A stretch of DNA of 64,000 nucleotides, from the NCBI GenBank assembly GCA_033763315.1, contig JANRKS010000002.1, forward strand, positions 384,001-448,000, written 5' to 3'. The notes under the pieces are model-generated. The model worked only from the letters and a program-made list of their open reading frames with translations, was not told the DNA's origin and made no database searches. The translations under genes were made by a program, and so were the position numbers. This DNA is from Deltaproteobacteria bacterium (GTDB lineage: Bacteria; Myxococcota_A; Polyangia; Fen-1088). Within the stretch, counting starts at the first letter, position 1. Each line of letters begins with the position of its first letter. Shown piece after piece: positions 10,026-18,367 of the stretch.

Positions 10026-11392
10026 GTGTGGTGACGACGCAGTTGCAGGTTGTGTGTAGCTGGCAACGCCGCTTGCTGGGCTACCACTTGCTTGGCCCTA
10101 AGGGCAGCTTCTCGGCGGGGCCGTCAAAACGCGCGCAGCTCAAGTGCCCTCAGTTTATCGGCGCGCGCAAACGTCTGGTGATCGTGCGTCCGGGCCGCAA
10201 TGGTTACAGGCTGCGTTTGGCCCCGGGCATGACCGGCTACGTGGAACAGCCGGGCGAAGGGCGCCAAGACATCACTCAGCTTCTGGCGCAGCCGATCAAG
10301 GGCAAGTCGCCCTTGCGAACCGTTCCGTTTGCCGTGGGCGCGGCCGCCGTGATCCAGATCGACGGCGCCGCTGGTTTGAAGCTGCAGCTGTCGTTCGTTG
10401 AGCCACCGCCAGCGGTGGGCAAGCGCACCTCAGATGATCGTTTGCCGTTTTACCGCCGCGTTTTGCTCGCGACGTCCGTTTCGCTGGCCGTGCTCGTGGC
10501 CGCGCTCGTGATATGGGGACCACGCACGGATCAAGACGAGAACATCACACAAGAGCGGTTCGCCAAGCTTGTGGAGCCCGAACTACAAAAGCCCGAAACG
10601 AAACAGGCGCGCGACGACGTAAAGAAGCACGGCGAAAAGAAGAAGCGCGACAAAGAAGCGGCCGAATCAAAACGCGCGAAGGACAAAGAGGGCAAGCTTG
10701 GCCGTCAAGATGCCAAAGGCGAAACGGTGATGCCTAAAGGCAATAAAGACGTTTTGCGCGAGAAGGTGTCGCAGGTGGGCGTGTTGTCTCTTTTGGGCAA
10801 AGCGAAGGCGGGCGGCTCTGGTTTGGGCAAGCTGTTGGCGGAAGCGAACCCCACCGACATGGAACAAGCGGTGACGGGCCTCACCGGCGGCCAGGTGGCC
10901 GTGGGCAAGGGTTCCGGCGGGTTGGGTGCCGCGGGCACTGGTTTGGGGGGAGGCGGCACGGGCTTTGGCCACATTCAAGGCTCGGGCGGGCTGGATGTGG
11001 GGGCCGGACGTGGGCACGGACGCAAAGGTCCGGGGCTTGGCACGGGCAAAGAAAAGACTGTGTCGGTTGGATTAAGCACAGGCGATCCAGACGCTGATGG
11101 TGGCCTCACCAAGGAGCAGATCAGCCGCGTTGTGTCTGCACACAAGGCAGCGTTGAAGTATTGCTATGAAAAAGAACTGCAGCGTAAGCCCAGCCTTGAA
11201 GGCAAGGTTGAGCTTTACTGGATGATTCGTGCCACCGGCGAAGTTGAACGCGTGAAGATCGCCACCTCGACGATGGGTGACGCCGAAGTTGAAGCCTGCA
11301 TGCAACGGCAGGTGAAGAATTGGCAGTTCCCCAAAGCGACGGCGCCCACCATCGTGCAACGTTACCCGTTTTTGTTTAAGGGAGGCGCGTGA
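10022..11392 (+). CDS. GltG/PglI-like bitopic protein with an AgmX/PglI (TonB-C-like) C-terminal domain
   Basis: One TM helix, a Lys/Glu-rich then Gly-rich linker, and C-terminal LKYCYEKELQRKPSLEGKV...WQFP...YPFLF. Confidence 0.85.
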   Translation: MSVVTTQLQVVCSWQRRLLGYHLLGPKGSFSAGPSKRAQLKCPQFIGARKRLVIVRPGRNGYRLRLAPGMTGYVEQPGEGRQDITQLLAQPIKGKSPLRTVPFAVGAAAVIQIDGAAGLKLQLSFVEPPPAVGKRTSDDRLPFYRRVLLATSVSLAVLVAALVIWGPRTDQDENITQERFAKLVEPELQKPETKQARDDVKKHGEKKKRDKEAAESKRAKDKEGKLGRQDAKGETVMPKGNKDVLREKVSQVGVLSLLGKAKAGGSGLGKLLAEANPTDMEQAVTGLTGGQVAVGKGSGGLGAAGTGLGGGGTGFGHIQGSGGLDVGAGRGHGRKGPGLGTGKEKTVSVGLSTGDPDADGGLTKEQISRVVSAHKAALKYCYEKELQRKPSLEGKVELYWMIRATGEVERVKIATSTMGDAEVEACMQRQVKNWQFPKATAPTIVQRYPFLFKGGA

Positions 11393-12387
11393 TGAAACCT
11401 ACCACCAAGTTGGCGTTGTTCACCCTGGCGTTGGGATGCACGTCGAATTCGCCAAAATATTTTGCGCCGCCCAAGCCGCTTGAAACCACCGACATGATGG
11501 CGTCGGCCACGGCCACGATCGAGTTGCCGTTCCGCCAGCCCACCGAGAACGAGCGCAAGCTCTTGCAGGAGGAAGGCAAAAAGCTGGGCTTCGGCGTGCC
11601 TTACTTGCAACGCGAAGACGTAGACGTTTCTGTGCAATACACGATCACCAATCTTTCGGATCAGCCTGGCGAAGCGAAGGTCACCATCAATGGCGCCGAC
11701 GAATTCACGGCCTATGATCTAGCGGCCATTCAGATGTATGTGGGCACCTTGATGTTGCCCCCAGATGCCGATCCGCCGACGTTGTTGTCGCTTTACGAGA
11801 CCACGAAAGTCGTTGTCCCCGCCAAAGGTAAGATCACCGGCAACATTCGCGAGGATGACATTTTGGAAGTCGATCGCGATCTGGATGCGATGGGGCGCTT
11901 TAAAGCGCCTTACCTTACGGTGCTGCTGAACGATTCCACGGCCAATCCGATGGGCATGGAGATGGTGCCGAAGAACGTGAAGTTGCCGCAGCTGTGGAAA
12001 ATAATCGTGACGTTTACGGCATCCACAAAGATGCGGCTCGACTTTTTGGTGCGTGTCCGCGATCAAAAGAACCTATTGGCCGAGGGTGACGAACCGCTTT
12101 TCAAGCCGAGCCCTAAAGCGTTCATGCCCACCATCGCGGGCGCGGTGCCAATCATGCCCGACATGATGAACATGGGTGGTGCACCAGGCATGGGTGGCGC
12201 ACCCGGCATGGGCGGCATGAACGCGGGCGGCTCGCCAGGCACGGGAGGCATGAACATGGGGGGGGCGCCCGGCACGGGCGGCAGCAAAGGTACGGGCGGA
12301 GCCCCTGGTACCGGCGGCATGTCCAACATGGGTGGTATGCCCAACACAGGTGGGGCCATGGCTTCGATGGATGCAGGCGTTGATTGA
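11389..12387 (+). CDS. Lipoprotein with a Gly/Met-rich repetitive C-terminal tail
   Basis: Lipobox ALGC; tail of GGAPGMGG/GGAPGTGG repeats ending MDAGVD. Confidence 0.8.
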   Translation: MMKPTTKLALFTLALGCTSNSPKYFAPPKPLETTDMMASATATIELPFRQPTENERKLLQEEGKKLGFGVPYLQREDVDVSVQYTITNLSDQPGEAKVTINGADEFTAYDLAAIQMYVGTLMLPPDADPPTLLSLYETTKVVVPAKGKITGNIREDDILEVDRDLDAMGRFKAPYLTVLLNDSTANPMGMEMVPKNVKLPQLWKIIVTFTASTKMRLDFLVRVRDQKNLLAEGDEPLFKPSPKAFMPTIAGAVPIMPDMMNMGGAPGMGGAPGMGGMNAGGSPGTGGMNMGGAPGTGGSKGTGGAPGTGGMSNMGGMPNTGGAMASMDAGVD

Positions 12388-12420
12388 TAAATCTGCGGCC
12401 AATGCGGTTACACTGAGCGC

Positions 12421-13044
12421 GTGCGGTTGCCTATGGCTTTGAACTTCGCCTCGCGCGGTTGCGCTGCGGCCCTCCTGGTGTTGTTGTGTGTGCCGCCCGT
12501 GCACGCGCAGATCACGGAAGAGCCCGTGGCGCCTTTGCCAGATCCAAAAAAGTTTGCACACGGCGTGTTCGTGGATGCGGGCCTGGGTGCGTTCGTACTT
12601 TTAGGCAAGGCAGACGCGGTGGGCAGTGGCCCCGCGATCAGTGGCAGGGTCGGGTATGATTTGTTTCGGTTGCTGGCGGTGCAATTGCACGTGGCGGGCT
12701 CCACGCACCGCACGGATTTCGGTGCCGCTCCGCAATCGGGGCAGTTGCTGCAGGTCTACCAAACCACCGCTGAACTCAAGCTGACCGTTCCGATTCGCCA
12801 AGTGTCTGTGTACGCGTTCGGTGGCGCCGGCTTTGCGTTTTTCTCGACAAATATCTTGGGCACCACAGGGCTCACAACCAAAGACAAAACGAGCAGCCTC
12901 GTTTACGGCGGTGGGTTGGGTTTGGACTATCATCTGTTGTCGCGGCATTTCAGCTTTGGTCTAGAAGCCAGCTTCGCGAAAATTCAAGAGGTTCAGACCA
13001 CGGGGGGCATTCTTTCCACCGCGTACGTTCGCTACGCGTTCTGA
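12421..13044 (+). CDS. Outer-membrane beta-barrel protein, CglE/GltH-like
   Basis: Signal peptide (VHA), alternating beta-strands, GGLGLDYHLLSRHFSFGLE and terminal RYAF. Confidence 0.7.
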   Translation: MRLPMALNFASRGCAAALLVLLCVPPVHAQITEEPVAPLPDPKKFAHGVFVDAGLGAFVLLGKADAVGSGPAISGRVGYDLFRLLAVQLHVAGSTHRTDFGAAPQSGQLLQVYQTTAELKLTVPIRQVSVYAFGGAGFAFFSTNILGTTGLTTKDKTSSLVYGGGLGLDYHLLSRHFSFGLEASFAKIQEVQTTGGILSTAYVRYAF

Positions 13045-13104
13045 TTTGTAACCGTTGCCGTTGGCAGGCATCCAGATAGGACGCGTGCTAGCTACACGAA
13101 GCTT

Positions 13105-14061
13105 ATGGCCACGACCGTTCCCTTCATTGTTCTCACGGGCTTTCTTGGCGCCGGGAAAACCACATTGCTGAACCGCATTTTGGCGGCCCAGCATCAACGC
13201 CGTGTGGCGGTGATCGTCAATGAGCTTGGGCGCATCGACATTGACGGCAAGCTGCTCAAGAGCCGCTCGGGTGATGTGGTTGAGTTGGTGGGCGGCTGCG
13301 TGTGCCACGAGCTCACGACCCAGGAAGAGCTGTGGGGCGGCCTCGCGGAGGTTGTCAACCGGTCGCAGCCAGAAGTGATCGTGCTTGAGACCACGGGCAT
13401 CGCCGAGCCGCGGCCGATTGTGGAAGGTCTCGAGGCGTTGCCCGCGGACGATCGCTTGGTGCACCCGGCCGGCGTTGTCACGGTGGTTGATGCCACGGCG
13501 GGTTTGGCGCAGTTAGAGCGCTACACCGAGGCGCGCGAACAGGCCCACGATGCCGACCGCATTCTCATCTCCAAGCTTGATGTGGCCCACAACGCCGAGA
13601 TTGCTCTTCTGCATGAGCGCTTGATTGCTTTGAACGACGAAGCCGAGCGCGCGAGCTTTCCGCACACCAACGAAGGCACAGCTGAGCTTGTGCCGTGGTT
13701 GTTGACCGCAGGTGTGCCCCGCATTTTGCGCCACAAGCACCCGCACACGCATCACCACCACAGCCGCCAGTTGGCGGCGGCCAGTTATGTGGACGACGCC
13801 CCTTTGCTGCGGGAGCCGCTGATGGCGCTGCTGCAAAAGTGGGGGCCGGGTTTGGTGCGTGTGAAAGGTTTCGTGAACATTCACGGCGAAGATCGGCGCG
13901 GTTTCCTTGAACGTGCAGGCACGCACACGGGCCTGCGTTTTGACAGCGCTTGGCCCGCTGGCGTGCGCCGCAACGAACTTGTGTTCATAGGCGAAGACTT
14001 AGATCCCGCCGCCGTTCGCCGCCAACTGTGGGCGTGCCGCGCTGTGGGTCATGATTCATGA
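13105..14061 (+). CDS. CobW/COG0523 family GTPase (metallochaperone)
   Basis: LTGFLGAGKTT, VIVNELG, GCVCH, ETTGIAEP, SKLD, a His-rich stretch HKHPHTHHHH and CobW_C RVKG...LVFIG. Confidence 0.92.
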   Translation: MATTVPFIVLTGFLGAGKTTLLNRILAAQHQRRVAVIVNELGRIDIDGKLLKSRSGDVVELVGGCVCHELTTQEELWGGLAEVVNRSQPEVIVLETTGIAEPRPIVEGLEALPADDRLVHPAGVVTVVDATAGLAQLERYTEAREQAHDADRILISKLDVAHNAEIALLHERLIALNDEAERASFPHTNEGTAELVPWLLTAGVPRILRHKHPHTHHHHSRQLAAASYVDDAPLLREPLMALLQKWGPGLVRVKGFVNIHGEDRRGFLERAGTHTGLRFDSAWPAGVRRNELVFIGEDLDPAAVRRQLWACRAVGHDS

Positions 14062-15008
14062 ACGACGAACCTGTCGCGCCCGCGCAAGAGTCGCCGTTGC
14101 CTGTGGTTCGCCACAGCACGATGCGCGGGGCGATCGAAGCTTGGTCTTTGGTGCTTTCCTCGCAAGGCATCAGCCACCACATCGTTGAACGCGCGGTGGT
14201 GGAGGAAGGCAGCGCGCCCTTGCGCTTTACCCAACAGTATTTGTTGGTGGTGCAGCCTCAGCATTTGCGGCGCGCCGCCGTGGCCTTGGCTCGCACCGAT
14301 GCGGAAGACGCCGAACGCGCGCGCACACCTGACGCCCCGCCGCCCGATCGCGGCCTCTCAATGGGCCCGATTGTGGTGTGCATCGCTTTGGCTGCGTTTT
14401 TCTTGATCAGTGGCCCGCGCGTCGGCAGCTCGCACTGGTTTGCCACGGGCAGCTCAGACGCCACGGCGATCTTGAAAGGTGCCTGGTACCGTGCGGCCAC
14501 GGGATTGACCCTGCACGCGGACGCGATGCACCTGCTTGGCAACATCGCAGCGATGTTGATCTTCTTGGGCGCCGCCTCACGCTGGCTGGGTGGTGGCGTG
14601 GCATTCACACTTACGTTGCTCGCGGGCTTCCTGGGCAACCTCGCCACAGCGGCTTTTTATGGGGGGCACCACAACTCGGTGGGTGCTTCAACGGCCACGT
14701 TTGCTGCTTTGGGGATTCTTGGCGGGCTGCAGGCCCGGCACCGCGTGAAGTTTGGTTGGTGGCATCGCAGCAACCGCATCGGACGCATGTGGCGAGCCGT
14801 GGCAGCGTGTTTGGCTTTGTTCGCAATGCTGGGCGTGGGAGGCCCCGAAGTGGATATGTTGGCCCACGCCACGGGCCTGGCTTGGGGGCTGGTGTTGGGT
14901 TTGGCCGCCGCGTTCCTGCCCCCGTTCAAAACGTGGGGCAACGTGGTTTGGGGTGCGGCCGGCGCCGTCTTTGTGGTGTTTTGCTGGGCGCGCGCGATGT
15001 TCGGTTGA
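14058..15008 (+). CDS. Rhomboid family intramembrane serine protease
   Basis: WYR, LHADAMHLLGN, catalytic GAS and DMLAH; multiple TM helices. Confidence 0.9.
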   Translation: MNDEPVAPAQESPLPVVRHSTMRGAIEAWSLVLSSQGISHHIVERAVVEEGSAPLRFTQQYLLVVQPQHLRRAAVALARTDAEDAERARTPDAPPPDRGLSMGPIVVCIALAAFFLISGPRVGSSHWFATGSSDATAILKGAWYRAATGLTLHADAMHLLGNIAAMLIFLGAASRWLGGGVAFTLTLLAGFLGNLATAAFYGGHHNSVGASTATFAALGILGGLQARHRVKFGWWHRSNRIGRMWRAVAACLALFAMLGVGGPEVDMLAHATGLAWGLVLGLAAAFLPPFKTWGNVVWGAAGAVFVVFCWARAMFG

Positions 15009-15048
15009 GGCTTCGCGGTTGAGGCTCCGCGGTTGAGGCTCCGGTTGA
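15002..15048 (+). repeat. Short tandem repeat, ~14-bp unit CGGTTGAGGCTYCG, ~3.4 copies
   Basis: cggttgaggcttcg-cggttgaggctccg-cggttgaggctc-cggttga, starting in the last codons of the rhomboid gene. Confidence 0.85.
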
Positions 15049-15158
15049 TTGATTCGAAGGGAGTTGCGCGTCTCGGGTGGCGCCACTTTACGCGGCGAAA
15101 AAACATCTGTGCGGCAGACCCACAAAGGGCGACGTTTGCGCGTACAATAGCTGCGGGC

Positions 15159-15584
15159 ATGAGACGCCTCCTTTTCATCGCGCTCACTGCGTTCGTGGCT
15201 AACTGTGGAACGGTTGATCTGGGGCCGACTCCTGCGGACATCAACACGTGCCGGCCAAGCCAACAGTTCTTCTACCAGCGCGTGTGGCCCGAATTGATCG
15301 ATAAGGACTACGGCGGCAAGAAGTGTGGCGACGCCCGTTGCCACGATGCCAGCAGCGGTCGTGAAATGATCGTGGTCACGCCCACATCAATGGCCACGTT
15401 GCCCCTGCCAGAAGATTGGATGCGCGTTTACAGATCGGTCACGGGGCAATTGCAATGCACCAGCATCGCTGAATCGCCGTTGCTCGCGCGTCCCGACGGC
15501 CGCCAGACCCATGGTGGTGGCAAGTTGTTCGAGCCTGGCGGCCCTCAAACCACGCTGTTGCGTATGTGGGCGGAGGCCAAATGA
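15159..15584 (+). CDS. Small lipoprotein with an atypical CX4CH putative c-heme motif
   Basis: Lipobox VANC; FYQRVWP...CGDARCH...SPLLARP...THGGG. Confidence 0.7.
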   Translation: MRRLLFIALTAFVANCGTVDLGPTPADINTCRPSQQFFYQRVWPELIDKDYGGKKCGDARCHDASSGREMIVVTPTSMATLPLPEDWMRVYRSVTGQLQCTSIAESPLLARPDGRQTHGGGKLFEPGGPQTTLLRMWAEAK

Positions 15585-16417
15585 AGCGGATGTTGGCCCG
15601 CCACCTGATCTACGTTGCCGCCGCGATGGGGCTGTTGCAAAGCCACGCGCGTGCGGAGGGCGACGTGCAGGCGGCGGCATCGGCCGACGCGCCGTGGGGC
15701 ATCGTTCGCGTGATCGCCGAGGTGGCTGAGGTAAAAACGGGCCCAGGGTTTTCTTACCGTACGGTTTATGTGGCCCCGCGCGGTGAAACACTGACGGCGG
15801 TGGAACGTGCGAACCGTGATTATTGGTACCGCGTGAAACTTCCCGACGGCACCTTCGGTTGGGTGCTGGGTGATCAAGTTCTGGCGTTGAACGTGGATCC
15901 CTCGGCCAATGAACCGCCTGGGTTTTTCGCGCGCGTCGGCAATGCCATTTTTTCCCCACCGGCGTTGTTGGTTGGCGACGTGGGCCTGTCGTTTTCGGCC
16001 GGCGTGTTGGGCGGCGAGGGAATGGTGATGTTCCGCCCGTCGGTGCTCCTGGCGCCGCACTTGGCGCTTGAGGGCTTCGTGGGCGAAACCGTCGGCGAAC
16101 AACTGGACGTGCTCTACTACGGAATGGCTGCCAATTTGTTTGTGTGGCCAAGCTCCCCCGTGACACCGTTTTTCAGCTTGGGTGGTGGCGGCACGTGGGG
16201 GCGCACAACGCTTGATCAGTTTGCCGTGCAATCGCAGGCGGAGTCGGTGCGCGCACGGCAGGGGCAGCTTTCATTGGCGCAGGTGGGCGGCGGCTTGTTG
16301 ATTTCGTTCAAGAAGCGGATCACCTTGCGTTTTGATTTTCGCGACCACTTGGTGTTCGATCCCAACAAAACGCAAGAGCTCAAGGAGTACTCAGGTGGCT
16401 TGGCGATCTTTTTCTAA
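15581..16417 (+). CDS. SH3-domain plus outer-membrane beta-barrel protein
   Basis: Signal peptide; VKTGPGFSY...WYRVKLPDGTFGWV (bacterial SH3) followed by barrel strands ending IFF. Confidence 0.75.
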   Translation: MKRMLARHLIYVAAAMGLLQSHARAEGDVQAAASADAPWGIVRVIAEVAEVKTGPGFSYRTVYVAPRGETLTAVERANRDYWYRVKLPDGTFGWVLGDQVLALNVDPSANEPPGFFARVGNAIFSPPALLVGDVGLSFSAGVLGGEGMVMFRPSVLLAPHLALEGFVGETVGEQLDVLYYGMAANLFVWPSSPVTPFFSLGGGGTWGRTTLDQFAVQSQAESVRARQGQLSLAQVGGGLLISFKKRITLRFDFRDHLVFDPNKTQELKEYSGGLAIFF

Positions 16418-16646
16418 GCGTGCCCTGGCTGCCGCCACGTTTGTGTTGATCGGCGCATTGGCGTCTGCGTGTGGCAGCAACCGCGCGTGGCTTGTGAAGC
16501 CACATCAACGCGAATACCTGGCCGATCGAATCATGCGCCCCGATAGCAACGCTTTGGAATCATCGGCGGATCAACATGTGTTGAACACGCGCGAGGGCGC
16601 CATTGGCGGCGGTGGCACCGTGGGTGGAGGCTGCGGATGCAACTGA
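16395..16646 (+). CDS. DUF4266 family lipoprotein
   Basis: VKPHQREYLA...REGAIGG...GGGCGCN signature. GTG 16395 follows an AAGGAG RBS. Confidence 0.85.
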   Translation: MAWRSFSKRALAAATFVLIGALASACGSNRAWLVKPHQREYLADRIMRPDSNALESSADQHVLNTREGAIGGGGTVGGGCGCN

Positions 16647-17845
16647 CGCTTCCGTTTTCGCGCATGCTTGTGTGCGCGGCCATCCTGTTGCCCGCCCCGA
16701 TGTTGTTTGCCGATGTTCAAGGCGCGTCGCGGTTCACGATGTTCCGTGAGCCCGGGGAGAAGAACGCTGGTATCACAGTGCTGCACCCGCAAGCCGACGT
16801 CAGCGCAGAGGCGGGCGGTGCCTCCGTGGGCGCTGGCTATGAAGTGGATATGGTGAGCGGGGCCACGCCGCGGGTTTTTGGCGGTGTAGACGCAGTCACT
16901 TCCGCGACACGCTTCTCTGACTTGCGGCAGGCGGCGCGCGCAAACGTGGGTTGGAACGTCGCCGATGTGGGCTTATCAGCCGGCTATTCTTACGGTTGGG
17001 AGAGTGACTATATTTCCCACACGTTGCAGGTGGGCGCGCGCGGCGATTTCCTCGAGAAAAATTTCACGCTTGGCCTCTTCTACACACGCAACATTGATTC
17101 GGTGTGTGATGCCAATAACGCTTTGGCGCAAGGCATTTTGGATCGCAAGTCTCTCGTTTCTTCCGACAAGTGTTTTCAATCGGGCCAAACCGAAACGGTG
17201 AAGCGTGCGGTCGACATCCACACGTTCGAGCCCACTTTATCGTGGACGGCCACACCCAAATTGCTGCTGCAGTTTGGCGGCACGCTGCAGTTGTTGGATG
17301 GCTTTCAATCGAACCCGTACCGGCGCGTGTTGGTGGGCAGCCAAGGCAGAACGCCGCAAGAGCACGTGCCTGACAAGCGGCAACGCTACGCTTTGTTTGC
17401 GCGCGCCAATTACGCTGTGCCTGCGTTGCGTGCCGCCGTGTCGTTGCACGGCCGTGCTTACCGCGATTCGTGGGATGTGTTGGCGGCCACGGCCGACGCC
17501 TGGTTTACAACTTACGTGATGGACGCCCTGTTGTTCGGCGTACACGGCCGCTACCACCAACAAACTGGCGCGGTGTTTTACCGCAGCTCGCCGGATTACG
17601 AAACGTTGGGGCCGGCCGGATCTTATTGGACGGGCGATCGCGAACTGGCGCCGCTTGGCACGATCACTTCAGGCTTGAAGATCACCTACCTGCGCACTCG
17701 TCGGCAAAAGCCAGACGCGTGGTTAGATGAGTTGGAGTTGAACGTGAAGTTCGACGGCATGTTCTACAACGTGGAACGGTTCGGCCCGAACTCTGATCGC
17801 AAGATGGCGCTCATCACCCAGGTGGGCGTGAGCGCGCGGTTCTAA
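16637..17845 (+). CDS. DUF3570 family outer-membrane protein
   Basis: VDAVTSAT, ESDYIS, GFQSNPYRRV, EHVPDKR, YRDSWD, TGDREL; directly follows DUF4266, the usual pairing. Confidence 0.85.
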   Translation: MQLTLPFSRMLVCAAILLPAPMLFADVQGASRFTMFREPGEKNAGITVLHPQADVSAEAGGASVGAGYEVDMVSGATPRVFGGVDAVTSATRFSDLRQAARANVGWNVADVGLSAGYSYGWESDYISHTLQVGARGDFLEKNFTLGLFYTRNIDSVCDANNALAQGILDRKSLVSSDKCFQSGQTETVKRAVDIHTFEPTLSWTATPKLLLQFGGTLQLLDGFQSNPYRRVLVGSQGRTPQEHVPDKRQRYALFARANYAVPALRAAVSLHGRAYRDSWDVLAATADAWFTTYVMDALLFGVHGRYHQQTGAVFYRSSPDYETLGPAGSYWTGDRELAPLGTITSGLKITYLRTRRQKPDAWLDELELNVKFDGMFYNVERFGPNSDRKMALITQVGVSARF

Positions 17846-18345
17846 AGCGCTGTATCCGTGCCTGCGTCGGTGGTGGCGCCGCGGCTGAGCGAGCCCGCCA
17901 CGTTGCCCATGCACGTGAAGGCGATGTTGCCCAACGAGCCGTTGGCCGTGCCATCCAGGTTCATGTTCGCGTTGTTGCCCGCGGCGCTAAACGTGCCCGA
18001 AGCGACGTTGAGCGTGGCCGTGATGCCCTGAAGCGATACCGCGCAGCTTTGACCCGACAAGGGTGTGGCTGTCGAAGCGTCCTTAACGTTGAAGCGCAAG
18101 GTGCAACCGGTAAGGGCTGGATCTGTAAACGTCATCGCCAGATCGGCTCCCGTGCCCGCGACCACATTGACGACGCCGGTTAGCCCTCCTTCTAGGTCAC
18201 CAAATCCCGCGCAGGCCACTTTGACCTTCGCCTGCCCCACATTCCACATGCCCAAAAACGGTGTGAGGTCGTTGGTCTTCTTATCGTCGCTGCCACAAGC
18301 CACGACCGAACCAGCCATCAGTAAGCTTAGAACCAGGTGCTTCAT
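17842..18345 (-). CDS. Hypothetical lipoprotein
   Basis: MKHLVLSLLMAGSVVAC lipobox, beta-rich, four further Cys; lies just downstream of uvrC. Confidence 0.75.
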   Translation of the reverse strand: MKHLVLSLLMAGSVVACGSDDKKTNDLTPFLGMWNVGQAKVKVACAGFGDLEGGLTGVVNVVAGTGADLAMTFTDPALTGCTLRFNVKDASTATPLSGQSCAVSLQGITATLNVASGTFSAAGNNANMNLDGTANGSLGNIAFTCMGNVAGSLSRGATTDAGTDTAL

Positions 18346-18367
18346 TGTGTTCCCCATGGGCATGAGT

